From a cyanobacterium endosymbiont of Braarudosphaera bigelowii (GTDB taxonomy: Bacteria > Cyanobacteriota > Cyanobacteriia > Cyanobacteriales > Microcystaceae), in NCBI RefSeq assembly GCF_020885515.1, contig NZ_AP024987.1, positions 420,001-452,000 of the forward strand: DNA of 32,000 nucleotides. The letters run 5' to 3'. Positions within the stretch are counted from its first letter, which is position 1. Each line of letters begins with the position of its first letter. The notes beneath the pieces were generated by a model, which saw nothing but the letters and a program-made list of their open reading frames with translations, was not told the origin of the DNA and ran no database searches. Below are positions 29,807 through 32,000 of this stretch, one piece after another. The position numbers were made by a program, and so were the translations under genes.

Positions 29807-30706
29807 ATGTTTAACAAGTCAAATTCCGAGCGTCATAATAATCAGTTAGAGAAAAAAAATATTTTTAGAAAAAGAGTTAATTCTGTTTCTAGTAATTTAA
29901 ATCCAAAAATATCGAAATCTCATGAAGATGATGGCTTAATATATGGACGTCATGCAGTTCTCGCAGCTCTGGAAAATGATCGTCAACTAAATCGTATATG
30001 GGTTACGAATAAGCTTTATCATGACTCTCGTTTTTGTAATCTTTTACGAACATCAAAAAGCAAAGGCGCAATAGTAGATGAAGTTTCTCTCCAACGTTTA
30101 TCCCAAATTACTGATGGTTCTAATCATCAAGGAATAGCTGCTCAAGTCTCTCCTTACTATTACTACACTTTAGATGAATTAATCACACAAGCTAAAGAAA
30201 AAAGTGACCAGCCAGTTATTATCATTGCTGATGGTATTGTTGACCCTCAAAACCTAGGATCTATCATCCGTACTTCTGAGGCTATGGGTTGTCAGGGATT
30301 AATTATTCCTCAGAGAAGAGCTGCTAGTATTACTTCATCTGTGGCCAAAGTTGCTGCAGGAGCTTTAGAGTCTTTTCCTGTAGCTAGAGTAATTAACTTA
30401 AACCGTGCTTTAGAAACTTTAAAAACTGAAGGATTCTGGATTTATGGAACAGTAGCCGAAGGAGGAAAAAAATTACCTAATTTTAACTTTTCTGGTGCTA
30501 TTGGTTTGGTTATAGGTTCAGAAGGTAATGGATTAAATTTACTTACTCAACGTTGCTGTGATGAATTACTTTCGATCCCCTTGGAGGGAAAAACTTCCAG
30601 TTTGAACGCTTCTATAGCTACCTCGATTAGTATTTATGAAGTTTTTCGTTCTCGTTCTATTGCTAAAAATAACAATTTAAATAATATTTCTACTAAGGGG
30701 AGGTAA
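29807..30706 (+). CDS. rlmB: 23S rRNA (guanosine-2'-O)-methyltransferase RlmB (SpoU/TrmH family)
   Basis: SpoU substrate-binding region ([11 protein letters not shown]). SPOUT methylase motifs ([37 protein letters not shown]). Sits directly downstream of mrnC. Confidence 0.88.
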   Translation: MFNKSNSERHNNQLEKKNIFRKRVNSVSSNLNPKISKSHEDDGLIYGRHAVLAALENDRQLNRIWVTNKLYHDSRFCNLLRTSKSKGAIVDEVSLQRLSQITDGSNHQGIAAQVSPYYYYTLDELITQAKEKSDQPVIIIADGIVDPQNLGSIIRTSEAMGCQGLIIPQRRAASITSSVAKVAAGALESFPVARVINLNRALETLKTEGFWIYGTVAEGGKKLPNFNFSGAIGLVIGSEGNGLNLLTQRCCDELLSIPLEGKTSSLNASIATSISIYEVFRSRSIAKNNNLNNISTKGR

Positions 30707-30744
30707 TAAATATTGGGATTCTATTTTTAGCAATAGAACGAGAA
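30649..30744. repeat. 23-bp perfect inverted repeat spanning the rlmB stop codon
   Basis: ttctcgttctattgctaaaaata (30649..30671) is the exact reverse complement of tatttttagcaatagaacgagaa (30722..30744). The 50-nt loop contains the TAA at 30704..30706. Confidence 0.85.
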
Positions 30745-30904
30745 TTATTACTTTGCCTTTTTATCCTGAAAACACCATTTGCCAATGGTAGGGTATTTAA
30801 CCTTTATTATCTTGATAATTTTAGTTTGTATAATCAGTTAATTAAAAAATTATTATATAAGATAAAAATGCTAGGATAATAACAAAAATATATAAATATA
30901 AGTT

Positions 30905-32000
30905 TATGTTACAAACAGCTATATCTCCAGTAGTTCTGGTGATTTTAGATGGTTGGGGTTATAGTCTTGAAAAAAATTATAATCCAATTAAGATGGCAAA
31001 AACTCCTGTAATGGATTGTTTATGGGAAGTTTATCCAAAGACACTTATCGAAACATCAGGTAAGTATGTGGGTCTTCCTGAAGGACAAATGGGTAATTCA
31101 GAGGTGGGTCATCTTAACTTAGGTGCAGGACGTATTGTTCCTCAAGAGTTAGTAAGGATTTCTAATACTATTGATGATAAATCATTTTATAATAATGAAG
31201 TTTTAATTAGCCTTTACGAAAAAGTTAAATCTTGTCAAAAAAAATTACATTTAATCGGTCTATGCTCTGAGGGAGGAGTACATTCCCATTTGGATCATTT
31301 GTTAGAATTGTTGAATTTAGCTAAGCAAAGAGAACTAACAGATGTTTGTATTCATGCAATTACGGATGGAAGAGATACGAAAAAAAATGATGGTATTAAA
31401 TCTATTAATAAAATATATCAACATACTGAAAAAATAGGTTTAGGGCGTATTTCTACAATAAGTGGACGTTATTATGCAATGGATAGAGACCAACGTTGGG
31501 AAAGAATTAAATTAGCCTATGATACCATTACTCAAGATGTACTTAAGGACAAATGTTCTGCACTTGATGTACTGAAAAATTCTTATAAAGAAAATAAAAC
31601 TGATGAATTTATTATTCCTACTCGAGTCGATAGTGGAGCTATTGAAGATGGAGATGGAGTAATTTTTTTTAACTTTAGATCAGATCGAACTCGTCAACTA
31701 TGTTCTGCTCTAATAGACAATAATTTCAAGAACTTTAATAGAAAATTAATTACTCCTTTAGAAGTTGTTACCTTTACTAAATATGATGATCAGTTCTCTG
31801 CAAAAGTTGCTTTTAAATCTGAAAATTTGCACTCTACTTTAGGAGAAGTCATATCAAATAATGGTTTAAAGCAATTACGTATAGCAGAAACAGAAAAATA
31901 TCCTCACATAACTTACTTTTTTAATGGAGGTATTGAGCAACCCTTTAAAGGTGAAAGACGGGAATTGATACAAAGTCCCATGGTTTCAACATATGATGAA
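30905..32000 (+). CDS. gpmI: 2,3-bisphosphoglycerate-independent phosphoglycerate mutase (5' part; continues beyond the window)
   Basis: ATG 30905 opens a frame to the window end: MLQTAISPVVLVILDGWGY...GQMGNSEVGHLNLGAGRIV...GGVHSH. Absent from the ORF track because there is no stop in the window. Confidence 0.92.

Overview
This is a visibly AT-rich chromosomal segment (base composition not computed) from a cyanobacterium. It carries 26 densely housekeeping protein genes on both strands.

Gene content, in order:
- mfd
- the NDH-1 operon ndhC-ndhK-ndhJ (minus strand)
- a DUF177/YceD-like gene
- birA
- two secreted TPR proteins
- a Bfr-type ferritin-like di-iron protein
- tyrS
- a HAD-like hydrolase
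- a small two-TM membrane protein
- pyrG
- a DUF1350-like alpha/beta hydrolase
- glmU
- a bifunctional RelA/SpoT
- a small conserved hypothetical (possibly PatD-family)
- a PAO/Tic55-like Rieske oxygenase
- the uptake [NiFe] hydrogenase structural genes hupS-hupL
- a large B12-domain-type radical SAM protein
- rimM
- a single-domain STAS protein
- mrnC (Mini-RNase III)
- rlmB
- the 5' part of gpmI, which runs off the window

I found no rRNA, tRNA, CRISPR array, transposase, integrase, phage gene or recognisable defence or secondary-metabolite cluster. I do not see a novel multi-gene system here.

The combination of extreme AT richness, long gene-free AT spacers, NDH-1 genes and hupSL suggests a genome-reduced unicellular diazotroph of the Crocosphaera/Cyanothece clade, either UCYN-A-like or a diatom spheroid body. 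This is inference and was not verified.

The observations most worth a second look are small-scale:
1. An A9 tract separates the only ATG from the reading frame of the two-TM membrane protein.
2. A 23-bp perfect inverted repeat encloses the rlmB stop codon, at the 3' end of the operon that encodes a dsRNA nuclease.
3. A 20-bp perfect hairpin lies in the hupS-hupL spacer.
4. Phased GTAAGT repeats lie upstream of ndhCKJ.
5. Perfect hairpins lie at four of the five convergent gene junctions.
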